A DNA stretch of 64,000 nucleotides from Octopus bimaculoides. Its lineage: Eukaryota. The translations under genes and the position numbers were made by a program. Each line of letters starts with the position of its first letter. Positions within the stretch are counted from its first letter, which is position 1. A model generated the notes under the pieces. The model was not told the origin of the DNA. It saw nothing but the letters and a program-made list of their open reading frames with translations, and did no database searches. Positions 1 through 13,080 of the stretch are shown one piece after another. The stretch is from the NCBI RefSeq assembly GCF_001194135.2, contig NC_068982.1:130891218-130955217 (forward strand). The letters run 5' to 3'.

Positions 1-932
1 TTCAAAGTTTTTATTTACGATTGGTTAACGAAAACAGCAATACTTTCGAGTATCGGCGGATGCTATGGTCTGAATTTCTGAGAGATTCTGCAGTGTTAGC
101 TTTAAGCCCCTGTTAAAATCATTCTTCCTTGAAGATGTGAATGTTACAGTGCTTTCTTTCCCTTGATATTTAATACTTAATCAATCATGTATGCAAACAC
201 ATTCACGAAACACTCGAACAACACAGATACACAGACAAGTGTACAAATACACGCAAACAGACACGCACACGCGCGCTCACAAAACACGCACATAAAGCTC
301 GTATAGAGAAACAACACGATGATTAAACGTAAACAAATTTATAGAAAGTTATATTCACATTCACGTTGCAAAATAGACAACACGCGTACATATGCATTTA
401 CGTTTGTCCCTATTCCATCCTCAATCATGCTGCTCTGTTTTTCCATATCTTTTTTACATTCTTTCTATCATAATTAAAAAACTAATTATTGTCGTTTGCT
501 TATTCAAGATTACAGAACTCATTAGTGGTTACGTTCCTCTGTTTTCTACAATATACTCCCTAAATTAGAAAAATATTCCGTATCACTAAATATTTTTATC
601 TATATTTCTCTGAGATAAAGTTAATGTAATCTTTAGTCATATTTTCTTCTGTTGGCGTAATTCTACACTATTTACCCTTCCGAAAGCAATGCATGGTGTA
701 AATATTTGAAAACTATTTCGGTCGCATAGGTCTATTAATCATTTACATAACGTTAGTCACTTGGCAGTCATCTTGGGAATTAGAGCCCTTTGACCCTTAT
801 CTAGAGAAAAAAAATACAGCAAAATTTACTCCTGTACTGTAAATAAAGGAATGACAGAATACCAATATGTTGTATCGGCAAAATGTTGGACCGCAACATG
901 GTGGAATACCAGGATTCAGTGAAACACAATGT

Positions 933-1148
933 TCTTTTCTACTCTAGGCATAAGGCCCAAAATTTTGGGGGAGGGGACCAGTATATTAGATCGACCCCAG
1001 TGCGCAACTGGTACTTAGTTTATCGAACCTGAAAGGATGAAAAGTAAAGTCAACCTCGGCGGAATTTGAACTCAGTACGTAAAGACAGGCGAAATACCGC
1101 TAAACATTTCGCGCGGGGTGCTTAACGTTTCTGCCAGCTCGCCGCCTT
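933..1148 (-). mobile_element. tRNA-derived SINE, family A (Nin/Deu-like central domain), near full length
   Basis: Reverse complement reads AAGGCGGCGAGCTGGCAGAA (A-box-like), then a B-box-like CTGAGTTCAAATTCCGCC, then GAGGTTGACTTTACTTTTCATCCTTTC...AAGTACCAG, ending GCCTAGAGTAGAAAAGAA. The same unit recurs about 30 times in the window. Confidence 0.9.
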
Positions 1149-1152
1149 AAAT

Positions 1153-1334
1153 ATTTTTTCTACTCGAGGTACAAGGCTCGAAATTTTGGGGGAAAGGGGC
1201 CAATCGATTAAATCTACCCCAGTACGCAACTGGTACTTAATTTATCAACCCCGAAAGGATGAAAGGTAAAGGCAAATGAAGTACCGCTAAGCATTTCACC
1301 CGTCGTGCTAACGTTTCTGCCAGCTCTCAGCCTT
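1153..1334 (-). mobile_element. SINE family A, internally deleted, head-to-tail with the previous copy
   Basis: Same motifs, but the segment around the B box is missing. The pair is flanked by a 16-bp direct repeat CAGTGAAACACAATGT (917-932, 1335-1350). Confidence 0.88.
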
Positions 1335-2127
1335 CAGTGAAACACAATGTGGAACAATGAACATGGCTAGCATATCTTCACACGAAAACCTTGTTCATGA
1401 CTGACACACTGCTTTTCAATGACTCAATCAAAGGAGAGACAGCCACATCTTTGACTTTTGTAGGGCATCCAAGAGTGATTGAACGAAACTGATGTGCTGA
1501 TTTGCACTGCCGCAAACCATCTAGATATTGACTTAGCTTTAGAACAGATGCAGTTCGACGGAATTCCTCACAGTTTCGTTTTTATTCATATTTCAGAAGG
1601 CTTGGAAGCATCTATTGCTATGCAGAGGACACTTGTCCATTGTACAACAGTATGCGATTGCAAAACAAACTTCTGACATGACCATACCTTTGCTCACCTA
1701 ACTCTTAATGACAAAGTTTGCTTTGCCGTAAATAGGTAACATTCAAGGATACAGCTTATCTCAATACATCAAATTTCTGAATAATGAAGGACTTTTGCAG
1801 TTTATGAAAATGAAATAAGTTTAAATCCGGTTTCGGTCATTGGATAGTTAATGGAAAGTCCCACGGCAAGATCTCCAGCGTTCATTATTCCGTGATACTT
1901 TCGGCAATATTCAATAACTGAGAAAAAGATGTTGGATATAGAACGAATCGAGAGTAGTGATAGAGGAGAGGAAACTAGATAGAAGAATTAAGAATGGTTG
2001 AGAGAAGCATGCTTTTTGATATTACAAGAATGGTTGAGCGAAGAATGTTTTGACTATAAAAACATGTATTATACAACCAATGAAAAATTATTACAAGCAA
2101 TGCTACATCCCTATAACAAAGCACTTT

Positions 2128-2258
2128 GGCAAAAGAGACCGATAGAATAAGTACCAGGCTTTAAAAGTAAGTACAGAATTCGATTTGTTCGATCAGAGCC
2201 CTTCAAAGCGGTGCCCCAGTATAACCACCGTTTAAGGACTGAAACAAGTAAAAGTAAG
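2128..2258 (+). mobile_element. SINE family B, 3' fragment
   Basis: GGCAAAAGAGACCGATAGAATAAGTACCAGG...GCGGTGCCCCAG...GACTGAAACAAGTAAAAG matches the 3' end of the copies at 10912 and 23908. Confidence 0.8.
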
Positions 2259-3599
2259 AAGGTACAAGAACTTCACAATATCTAACCCCTTCGTAGAATG
2301 TTTATTATGAAAGGAAATAAGTCTAATGATTTTGTGAGCGGCTTGACAGTTGGAGAATTTCTGGGTGTTCTTTTTTTAAGGTTTTCTAAGCAGTTTAGTG
2401 TCATAAACGAAGTGAAACGCTTGTAATAAGGAATCGGAAGTTGATTGTGTAGTCGAGACCACTTTTCCATGGTGTTCATCACTTTGTAGTGTTAATGAAC
2501 TGAATTTAGTAAATAAAATCTTCAGTCTTATGTACTATGAACTCGATATTAAATTGAGCTAATGATCTTCAGAATGTGAGATAGAAAGGAATATACATTT
2601 TGTGATATCAAATTATATCAAAAGACTGAACATTCTTCGAAATGTTTTAAGACATATTTTTCAACTCACTTTTATCACCATTGTGATTTGAAGTTGAATT
2701 GAATTACTTTTACAACTAAACAATTCAATACATTATCGATGAATTATATTAGGAAACTATATTTAGTACTATACTGATGCTATCATCAGTCATAAGGTAC
2801 ACACAGAAATGCAACTTCGGAAAAATAAAGGACAGTTCCCTGTCATGATTTGAATTCAAAATGAAAACTAAGTGAAACTAAAATGGGTACCGACAGGGTT
2901 GTGAGGTTAAAGAGTTTGCTTTGTAAACATATATTTCTAGGCCCGATTCCATTCTATAAGCAAAATATTAGTTTACCAATTAATTAGTGATGAGTCATCA
3001 AAAGTGCAGATATAAAAATTAAGCTGTCTACTACTGCTATTGTTTAATTTACAATTGCTTTATATATTAATTGCATATTCTATACTAACGACAGAGGAAG
3101 GAAATCGGGTACGTCTTGGGAGGAGAAGTTAACAACCTGCGAAACTTCGTCCTCAAATCTTTTTCTCACATCGAAAGTAACGAATTTCTCCTCGTTTTTA
3201 ATATATGAATTTGCTGATTCACGATATGTTATATAATAAAATACATATTGTGTAATTAATGAAGTGCCTTCAAATGCACAACTATACAAATCAAACTATC
3301 AAACCGGGTTATTTATCATTGATTTATATAGCAGCTCAATATCCTGCACTGTCGACAGAGGAATGAAATCAGATCAATCTTTAAGTAGCGGTCAACAAAC
3401 TATGAGTCTGGAGACTCTTCGCTCTTTGTCAACACATAGAAAAATATTGGAGGGAAGTTTTTATATTCTTATAATTTCCTTTCACAACTATGTTTTCTAA
3501 TGCTTGTCTGTGTGCATGTATTTATATTTAAATACAATTATGAATATTCCACAAAAAATCAATTGTACTTCTTAAAGATCAACCAAAAAATCGCAGTAA

Positions 3600-4330
3600 A
3601 CGAATAACTTAGAGCAATATAATAGAATGAATGCAGATAAATGTTGAGCAACATAGATGTATTTTATACAAAATTACATGCTGAGCAGATGAGACCGCGT
3701 TGAGAAAGTTCGGTTTATGAAATGGCCATTAATTAGATATGTTGCACTAGATGTCATCATAGAAAATCGGTTTCTGGTGTTGCATTGAAATTCTCATTTA
3801 GAAACCAGACCTTCTTACATCTTTCATCATGACACTGACAGTTCCTGAATGATACACACATTTTCATATATCCGTAGGTTGAGAAGATTTTAAAAATTTA
3901 GTGCAGAAAATACATTTACTGAATATGAAATGCTGAAACAGATATATGCCTTTTCGCTTTTATGCGCATATATTTCTCACGCTCTGCACAATGTCTGAAA
4001 CTGTAATTTGTTGCAAAGTCTGTGCTTCTAAGATGTCCTAAATGATATAAAATTCAGACTATACTAAAATAAGATATATAATCTGCTTGCCATAGTTCCA
4101 TGCTGATTATGAATGTATGCCCTAATAGCTGTGTTGCCAATAAATGTAAACTACTAATGAAATTTGATATACCAACACATATCTCTATAAACAAACTAGT
4201 CATTTTTCTTTACCCCACCCGAAGATGAGAGTGTTAGGATTAAGAGATGCAAATTCTCATAGTACTGGTTTGCTGAGCTGCTTTCAATCTGCAAAAATTG
4301 GTGTCAAAGTCACTTGTTGAGATATCCAGT
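3600..4330 (-). pseudogene. Possible very old DNA-transposase C-terminal remnant (hAT-like)
   Basis: Broken minus-strand frames give VSVMMKDVRRSGF / NENFNATPETDFL**HLVQHI, loosely like the hAT-type C-terminal ...ADVERGFSINK...LIAQRLVHDHI pattern. Many stops; the match is by eye only. Confidence 0.22.
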
Positions 4331-4791
4331 AAATTTTGGTGGCTGTAAGACTGACATATAATACGTAAGCGGAGTAGCAATAAAGGGAGTACGTTTATTC
4401 TAGTGATCATGTGCTAGATTTAATAACTAAAAGAAATATTTGGGTGTGTCATGCAGACATAAAACATCCTTGCAAGATGTGCATAAAGGAAATAGTAACC
4501 TTTCATTGTATACATCAGGGTAAGTCCGTGTGTCTTTAACACACCACCCACTGCGACAAACGTGCTCGTGTGAATTTGACGCCTTCCACCACAATATTTT
4601 ATCTTCGTAAGGCTTCGTGTTCTCACGGATCAGTCGAATTAAATGTCTACTATATGCTCATCTTTGCCTAAATACAGGTAAATATGTGGAGAGCTTCCGA
4701 ACTGTTCTTATTGTTGATTATATCCAGTTAGCTTTGTCTCTCTTTGTAATCAACCTATGCGTTTAGATGTATTTCTCTGATTGTGAATGGG

Positions 4792-5100
4792 AGTGGCTAA
4801 GTGGATAGGATATTCGGCTCACGATCGTAAGGTCTTGAGTCTGATTCCCAGCGCCGCGTTGCATCCTTGAGCAAGACACTTTATTTCACGTTGCTTCAGT
4901 CCACTCTGTTGGCAAAAATGAGTAGTACTTGTATTTCAAAGGGCCAGCCTTGTCACATTATGTATCAAACTGAGAACTACACCAATTCTATGCGTGTCTG
5001 TGAAGTGCTCAGTCACTTTCACGTTGATTTCATGAAAAGGCTGTTCTGTGATCGGATCAACTGGAAACCCTCGTCGTCGTAACCGACGGAGTGCCAGTTT
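4792..5100 (+). mobile_element. tRNA-derived SINE, family C (CORE/V-like CCTTGAGCAAGACACTT motif)
   Basis: tRNA-like head TGGCTAAGTGGATAGG...GAGTCTGATTCCC, then TCCTTGAGCAAGACACTTTATTTCACGTTGC, ending CCCTCGTCGTCGTAACCGACGGAGTGCCAG. Confidence 0.65.
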
Positions 5101-5547
5101 GATTTCCCTGATCAGTTAAATATCTCTTCATGTACATATGATTACATTCATACATATATTCGTGTATGATGAAGGCAAATGATACGTCCATGCACTGCAG
5201 TCAACAAACTGCCTCACCTCCTAAACTATAGTTGAATATTTTTTTTTTATTTCATGCTAAAAAATTACTGTTTTTTTTATATCCCGCTACACCCCACTGC
5301 TCAAATATGATGGCTCTGTTAGCTGTACTCTTTCGGTTAAAGTCTCCATATCTGTTGTCCGTTTTGCATCCAACTCGCAATGCACAAAATAGAAAACGCT
5401 TCTAATCTTTCTTTCTTCCCACTATACCAGGCTTAGTACTACGTATAGATGCACTCTAAATGCAAAGATCGGATCTTAAGAAAAATCATACTTGGATCAG
5501 AGAAATACATTAAAAGGTGAGATTGTTTTCGCTAACCGAGCATACGT

Positions 5548-5700
5548 TATATATATATATAGATATATAGATATAGATAGATAGATAGATAGATAGATGG
5601 ACGTGTGTGTCTATGTGTATATACATTCATGCACACAAACACATATGTAAATACAGATAGACAAACATACAGATAGATAGATATTACGGAGAACGGCAGA
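5548..5700. repeat. (TA)n/(TAGA)n/(GT)n compound microsatellite
   Basis: Directly visible tandem units. Confidence 0.9.
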
Positions 5701-6010
5701 GATAAGGAAAGACTAGAAAATATAGGAGGGATAGTGCCCACTACTTTTGAGGATTCTCCTGGCTTGGAGAGGTCAGAGTGCTTGTTATCCAGTTTCAATA
5801 CAAACACAGATCGATAGTGGCTTGAAAACAAGTGGTCGAGAGAATACTGCTCCATGAAAGGAAATCTGATGCAAAATACTCGGAATGTGATATCTAATAA
5901 AAGAGACAAAGTAAAGGGTGTCAGCAGGTCTGAACAGGAGCTTTCAGATAGCTGTTTCAGGGGAGAATGTTGTTGCCATACAAAAGGAAGACAGAATAAA
6001 TAGTGAACCT
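5700..6010 (-). mobile_element. Decayed CR1/L2-like LINE reverse-transcriptase fragment
   Basis: Frameshifted minus-strand peptides ETAI*K, LLLDIT and NPQK*WALSLLYFL resemble RT motifs ETAL, LDISKAFD and VPQGSVLSPLLF. Confidence 0.35.
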
Positions 6011-6534
6011 GTGTCAGTCATTGTTAATAGTGTGTCGGTGCCTGAAAATTTGTCGATCTTGAGTTTCTTTTAGCTTAAATATGAACTATGGTGTTTACGT
6101 GTGTAGCAACGTTATCCAAAGGTGGACAAGTACTCAAATAAAACCCAGCAATATTGGGTTTTATTTGAGCTTTGTAAACGGATCAGCAAAGCTTTAAAGA
6201 TTAGTGATGGTGATTTTCTTTGTTTTGTAAGTCATATATATAAGACTGACATGAATGAATCCCCATCAATTGTTTGAGCCAAGAAGGAAGCCTCTGCATA
6301 GCAAAACTGAATTACTGAATAATGTATCCCTGAGTAAATCTTTATTTTCTTTAAATCTTTCAATACCCTGAGACGAACTTCGGTCTTCGTATCTTCGGGA
6401 TTGATATAGTATGAGTTAAGTAATAGAGTCGATTCAATCAATTAATCTCCTTTCGCCAAAATTTCTGGTTTGTGTCTGTTAGGAATAATTATACTTTTTC
6501 AGATTTTCCGACAAAGGAACGATGTCACTTAATT

Positions 6535-6870
6535 CGAGGGTAGAAGTTAGTCGATTATATCGACCTAGTACTTGGTTGAATGAAAAGTAAATTTGAACGC
6601 AGTGATTTGAACTCTTTAAAGACACGCAGACACTAATGCAAATCCAAAGGAAGTAAGGGTTCCTAATTTAGAGCCAAGGTCAGCAACTTTAAGGGGTGTC
6701 TATACTATTGCCTCTATTATTTGCGTGATGCTTATTCGATAGTATGAAAGAATAAATGGGAAATGTTGGCCTCAGTGGGATCTAAACTCTAGAATATACA
6801 ACTAAACAACATTAACAACTAGAATATATGCGACATTATTTTCTGATGCTGTAATTCCTGCAAGTCCACC
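6535..6870 (-). mobile_element. Two heavily decayed SINE family A copies
   Basis: Residual AGTCGATTATATCGACC, GAATGAAAAGTAAA, ATTTGAACTC and TTGGCCTCAGTGGGATCTAAACTC. Confidence 0.55.
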
Positions 6871-7280
6871 ACCCTAAAGAAAGCGTCAATAAATACATTA
6901 ATGATATATATACAATTTCCTTAATTATCCCTACTTACTAAATATTTACAATTCCTGATGTTTTAAAAAAAGGTAAAGTTCAGAATATTTTTTTCTTTTA
7001 TATAATATACTGTTGTACACCTTCGAAATAGTTTGCATTACTATTAAATGGGAGGAGAAAACAGAAAATGGGATCAATTCAAGTTCTAATTACCTACTTT
7101 GTTTACTGAGGGGTATTTAGATGGGAATGCAAATATTTACTTTTTATCACCTTAATACATTTCGAACAATAATAGAACGCTAATAATCTCGGCAATTCAT
7201 CCCTCGAATATATAAATGGTTTTCAGCTCAAAGTTCACTTATATGTTTATTCACTAAGGGACACCGATGAAAAAAAAGGG

Positions 7281-7333
<53 letters not shown>

Positions 7334-7510
7334 GATATATATGTGTTGTGTATGTATATTCATATATATATATATGAATATATGTATGTGTATATCCCTC
7401 TTGTTATATATACAAATAGAAGTGTATAAGTGTAGGCGTGAGTGTATATTTAAAATGTGTGTGTGTGTGTGTGTGTGTTTGAAAGATATATAGATTGATA
7501 GATAAATAGA
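7281..7510. repeat. (CA)n, (AT)n and (GT)n microsatellites
   Basis: Directly visible. Confidence 0.95.
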
Positions 7511-8680
7511 TAGATCAAAGTTCGCGGGTATATTTTTTCACTCGGGTACTCCAGGTCATAAATATTCCATGACACCTATAGTGACATACCCGCTGCATAG
7601 GTGTGTGCGCAGATACGTACACATACGTAGAGATAACGAGCGTTATAGTCCCTCCTTAATGTGTTTATTATCCTATATCTAACTGTAATTTTTTTTTTCT
7701 CAGAAGCAACATACATCACTTATTCAAACAAAACTCGATTCTCAAGCATTTGTTTTTGGTGGTTTTTATGGGGTTTTCTTTTCTTTCACATTCTCTTCAT
7801 TGTAATAATATACACACTGTATTATTCTCATAGCTAAAGGTATATCTTCTCATTGCTCGCTTTCAAAAGGAATGCTTTCAAAGTCAACATAATTATTAGC
7901 AAGTTCATGATATCGAAGTCGAACAACAACCACGATTGTTCTACCAGTTTTTACACGCCCAAACTACAACACCTTAACACTCTCACCAGCACCATCGTTG
8001 CGGAAAATCTTAATGCCTTCAGTGTCGTGGTTTTCAAACAATACAGATAACAAAAGCGGGAGCAAAACAACATCGCAACTGAACTCCCTTTACATCATAG
8101 GTCACTCGCACACGCACACGCACACGCACACACACTCGCTCACATGCACATATAAATATCTTCCATTCAACTGCAACAGCTGTTACGAAGACATCGCGTT
8201 CAGTTCCACATATCAGACTTTCACAATAACTTGGCAAATAATACCCCATCTTTTTCCGGAGCATCAAATAATTATCATCACAATACACAACCACACATCG
8301 GCGAAGAACGCAAATTACATTTATGCAAAGCTTCAACAATTCACAATAGAATAAGTTCCATCAAGAATCGGAATCACTATTTTCGGAATTCATCAACGCT
8401 GCAGCTAACATAAACACTGTTCATACATATATTCGAAATATATTATAGACTCATAAAAAAAAAACTTTCGTACATGACAACACAACTGAAACTTTTGAAA
8501 GTTACCAACCCATAAAAAACAGAACACTAAAATTACACATAACTGAAATATAACACAGCATAAACAACTTAGCAAGGAAATAACTAAAAGAAAATGTTGC
8601 AGAAAAAAGAATAAAAAACTGGCAAACATCCAGCATAAACAGTAAAACTAACAAATTTTTTATATAGTCATTAGCAATAT

Positions 8681-8880
8681 CCTTTCTACTATAGGCGCAA
8701 GACCTAAAATCTGTGGAAGGGGGTAGTCGATTATATTGACCCCAGTACTCAATTTATCGAGCTGGAAGAATGAAAGGCAAAGTAGACCTCAGCCGAATTT
8801 GAACTCAGAACGTGGCGACGGCCGAAAGACGGCTAAACATTTAGCCCGGCGTGTTAATGATTCTGCCAGCTCGCTGCCTT
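8681..8880 (-). mobile_element. SINE family A, full length
   Basis: CCTTTCTACTATAGGC...GAAAGGCAAAGTAGACCTC...ATTTGAACTCAGAACG...CTGCCAGCTCGCTGCCTT. Confidence 0.9.
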
Positions 8881-9099
8881 AACATATACGTAATGTCAGT
8901 ATCTTCTTTTCGGGCTTAGCAAGCGACATAGAACATGATGTAACAGTAATAGAATTAGTGATTTCAGTTCTAAATTGAATCCAATTCATGTACATACCCT
9001 ATACATTGAGAAAGCAAACATCGGAAAATTCATTCTTTGTTGGTTCCTTAGTCTCTGCCTAAAACGACAATATCCTCTATCGTTGATTATAGTGGTTTG

Positions 9100-9935
9100 A
9101 TAGAAACTTTAATGCAGCGGACGAAGTTCCTTATGGTATATGAATTCAGATCCTGCCGAGAACAACTTTGCTTTATCTTTTGGAAGTCGAAGAAATAAAG
9201 CCAGGAGCTGGATCGTTGTAATCGATTAACTCCCTTCGATTCGTCTCAAAATGACTGGTCCTTTGCCTGTTTTAGAAATGAAATTTCTAGTTTGCCTTTA
9301 ACGCCCCTTTCACTGAATGCCATCAAAAACTATCATTTTTCATGTGAATGGTGTCCCTGCGATACTCATATAAATAATTCTATTCATCTACACCAATCAA
9401 AGTAGACTGTTCTATATTTACTCAGTCCCATCCCACTTACCTAAGTTGATTATAATTTGCTGATGTGGTCACAGTAAGACCAAAAAACTGATTTCAGTTT
9501 CCTTCCATATTAATAGTAATTATTGGCTAATATCGTTTTATTATGGAAATTTGTAGTTTAACGAGGGTTGTGACTTGGTAGAATCGTTAGTACGTCGGAG
9601 AAACTACCTTGTGAGATTCCTTCCATTCTTTATTTTCTGGGTTCAAATCCTGCCGAGGTCAGATTTGCCTTTCATCCTTTCGATGGTAGACAAAATAAAG
9701 AACCGGTCAAATACTGGAGTCGAATATGTCGACCAATCCCGTAACTCAGAATTGCTGACCTTGGGTCTCATTTAGACACTATTATTTTAAATGCAGTGAG
9801 CAAGCAAAACCGTATGAGTGTCGGGAAAAAATGCCTTGATAAAATAAATTCAAGCCACTCAAGTTCTGGAGTAGATATTAATAACAAACCGACTCCACGA
9901 AATTGTTAGACTTTTTGCCTAAATTAGAAACCGTT
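9100..9935 (+). mobile_element. Three SINE family A copies (about 9100-9270 decayed; 9563-9785; 9785-9935 internally deleted)
   Basis: GGTAGAATCGTTAGTACG...GGGTTCAAATCCTGCCGAGGTCAGATTTGCCTTTCATCCTTTCGATGG; the flanking copies keep partial motifs. Confidence 0.75.
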
Positions 9936-10911
9936 ATTTCTAGTTTAGCTTTTTAGTGATCCCTACGTTAAATCTCTAAATATGTTAACAATAATTTCCT
10001 TGTTAATTTGCATCTAACGCGAAATACGAGTTTATAACGAATCAATCTTAAATGTCAACGAATTGTTAACTGCAATTACGGAAGAAAGGAATCCTGGGAA
10101 ACAGGAAACTTTCTGTTGCTCTCATCTTGAAATATAGAGTATTGTAATGATAATGTTAATTGATGTTTTATTACTATTATTTGCTGAACCTTACTGCTAG
10201 AAGCATAGAATACATTGGTGACCGGACGTCACAATTTTTGTAGATAAGGTATTAATAGGGTAATGTGGATTCATGAGATAAGTAATCTAATATTTTGAGC
10301 TTTATTTGTTTATTTCTTTATTTCATATGTTATTTTAGTGAACAATACATTCTTTGGTTACACATTTGCCAGTGGGGCAATCTTTGGTTCACTGCCTTTC
10401 TGACAACAAGAGGATGTCTATAACTCGGTGAGGAAGAAATATGGTAAACGCTCGCTCGAAGGCCATCATTTTTTTTTTTTTTTAGTTCACTCGCTGATAC
10501 ATATACACACACGCATTTACACATACCCACACATTTATATAAATATATACATGTATGTGCGCCTGTATGTGCGCACGACATGCTTCTGCTCAATATATGC
10601 CCCTTTAATTTTTCACAAGGCAATGACCAATCCAGATCTACGGTAAAAGTTACATACCCAAGGTGCTGCTTACTAGGGACCGCAAGTAAAATGGTGCTGT
10701 TGTGAAGCAAATTTCTTAAGCACATACTTATGGCGTTTTTACATACATTTTACCGATGAAAATTACGAGCTAAACAGTAAGGTCCACGGTTGCTTATATG
10801 AAGGCAAGATATTACAGCTATTAAATTACGGTACTTCTGCATATATTAAGTCTTTGAACTTCATAAAAAATTGTTTAGAAATGTAAGAGTGCCAGCGATA
10901 ATTCGTGCACT

Positions 10912-11299
10912 AGGCTGGCTGTGAGGCACGAAGTTTGCTTCGAAACAACGATTCAGGGTTCAATTTCTCTGCTTGGCACCTTAGACAAATGTCTTCTACT
11001 ATAGCTTCGGGCCTGCCAAAGACTTGGGAGTGGATTTTATTGACGGAAATTGTAAGAATCCCGTCGTATATATGTGTCATTATATATCTATATGTGTCTT
11101 TGTGTCTGTTTTGTCCAATACCAGCGCTTCACAACCGGAGTTGGTTTGTTTACGTCCCCGTAACTTAGCGGTTCGGCAAAAGAAATTGATGGAATTAGTA
11201 CCGGGCTTAAAAGAGCCGATTCGTTCGATAACAAACTCTTCAAGGTGGTGCTCCAACATGGTCTCCATTAAGGACTGAAACAAGTAAAAGATAAAAGAT
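10912..11299 (+). mobile_element. tRNA-derived SINE family B, full length (possibly an OR-type octopus SINE)
   Basis: Head with GGGTTCAATTTC, CORE-like GGCACCTTAGACAAATGTCTTC, an internal (TA/TG)n, CCCCGTAACTTAGCGGTTCGGCAAAAG, and tail GACTGAAACAAGTAAAAGATAAAAGATA. Confidence 0.85.
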
Positions 11300-11379
11300 A
11301 TCCAAATAGATACAACACACGTAACTCAATTATTGTAAAACCACCGACTGAATATTTGGTTAACCTGAGCACTCACTTT

Positions 11380-11540
11380 CTCACTCTCTCTCCCTCTCTG
11401 TCTAACTCCACCCACACACACGCTCGCTCTCTCTCGCTCTCTCTCTCTCTATCTCTCTTTCTCTCTCTCTCTCTCTCTCTCATTTCCCTCTTATTCTCAC
11501 TGTCTCACTCTAACACACACACACACACACTCTCTCTCAA
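11380..11540. repeat. (CT)n/(CA)n microsatellite
   Basis: Directly visible. Confidence 0.95.
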
Positions 11541-11629
11541 GGGAGTGCAATGGGGAGTTCTGGATGTTTAAAGAGATTGGAAATTTTCTTAGAAATAAAA
11601 ATATTTAAATCAAGTACAATACTTATATA

Positions 11630-12495
11630 CGTGATCTGATCAATAAGTATCCGGACTGCTGCCATAACAAAGCTAAAGCACTCAGAGTAAAGCCGTTTGG
11701 CACAGATTGACCTTTAACCCTCCTGTGCATGCGCACTACGTTTTAACGTTCTAGCTCACTTTGTTGCTTACATCAGTGCTTGGAAGGAACGTGTGTAGTG
11801 TGTGATCGTTACATTGACCATGATAGAGAAAGTTAGTCAGAGAATCTGCATCAAATTTTGCCAAAACCTTAGCGATACCTGCTCAGAGGCGTACGCAAAT
11901 TTTTCAAGTTTTCCTCGTTCTCGACATAATCAAGATCTTGTGCAACTGAAACCCTAATGTCTTTTTTGGTCAGCTGAAAGTAGTCTTGGCACAAACTTGG
12001 CAGACACGCGTCTCGTACTCAAATCTTCAGTGATAACGGACTGAACTGAACCGTAACTAATCTGCACATCTTCTGATAATTCACGGATGGTTCCCCTCAC
12101 AGCTGCACGCACATTTGCGATGTCTTTCTCAGTTCTGCTGGTTGCGGGTCTCCCAGAATGTTCGTCAATATCAACATTTTTTCGGTCATCTTGGAAACGT
12201 CTGAATCACTCGTACACTTGTGTGCGACTCATACACTCCTCTCCATACACTTTCTGCAACTTTGCGTAAGCCTCTGAGCAGGTATCACTATGACAACTTT
12301 CTCTGTCATGGTCAATGCGACGATCACACGCTACACACATTCCTTCGAAGCACTACTATAAACAGCGGAAGTGAGCTAGAACGTTCAAACTTAGTGCACA
12401 TGCGTTTAAGGTCAATCTTTGCCAAGAGGCTTCACTCTGCGTGCTTTAGCCTCGTTACTATGGCAATCGTCCGGATACTTATTGATCAGAACTCA
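11630..12495. mobile_element. Non-autonomous mariner (Tc1/mariner) derivative made of two inverted 5' ends, TA target duplication
   Basis: TIR CGTGATCTGATCAATAAGTATCCGGAC at the left and GTCCGGATACTTATTGATCAGAACTCA at the right, with TA on both sides. Left arm encodes MIEKVSQRICIKFCQNLSDTCSEAYAN (+). Right arm (-) encodes the same N-terminus through ...RRVSAKFVPRLLSADQK...ENEENLK. Confidence 0.88.
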
Positions 12496-13035
12496 TATAC
12501 TAAACACTTTATCAAAATGTCTTCCTCGTGATTAAAATGAATAGAACATTGTGTGATCAGTGAACAGAAACATGACTGATGATACACTAAAGTCCATTAT
12601 CATTTCTTTATATAAAATCCACCATTCTTAATAATTTTTGTAGGAAATTAGTATAGGAAGAACTAATCTATGCAAATGTATACAAAGAAACACTTAAAGA
12701 ACGGAATACTGTGAGGAAAAATGAATAACAAACGACTGTGAAAAATTAGCTTCTGTTGAGTTTAAATAATCTGAGATTTTTTTCTTTCCACTTTTAATTT
12801 TATAAAACAAGGGGAAGAAACATTTCTAAAACATCATTCTGTGAAAGAAGTCGCTTGGTTATAAAAGTACCAGAACCACTGAATTACAACGTCCTGTACC
12901 CAGATATGCATCTATATATACAGGTAGATGTAGGTATGTACATACTTGTACGTATATATGCATATACTCATTTATTTGTATTATATATATATATATATGC
13001 AATTTGTAATCCGAGCAACGCCGGCTATCTCTGCT

Positions 13036-13068
<33 letters not shown>

Positions 13069-13080
13069 CTATATATATAT

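Noticed and set aside
1479-1676. ORF with CTAANHLDIDLA, reminiscent of the hAT C..H motif
   Set aside because: No flanking hAT motifs could be found in any frame; the resemblance is too short.
1990-2058. 36-bp period two-unit repeat
   Set aside because: An ordinary short slippage duplication with no further structure.
7998-8413. Overlapping ORFs on both strands
   Set aside because: Centred on a (CACG/CA)n repeat with low-complexity C/A-rich flanks; no recognisable domain or splice pattern.
13011-13036. Helitron 3' end CCGAGCAACGCCGG...CTGCTTA
   Set aside because: It resembles a common Helitron terminus, but the hairpin is mismatched, CTRR is absent, and no element body was identified.
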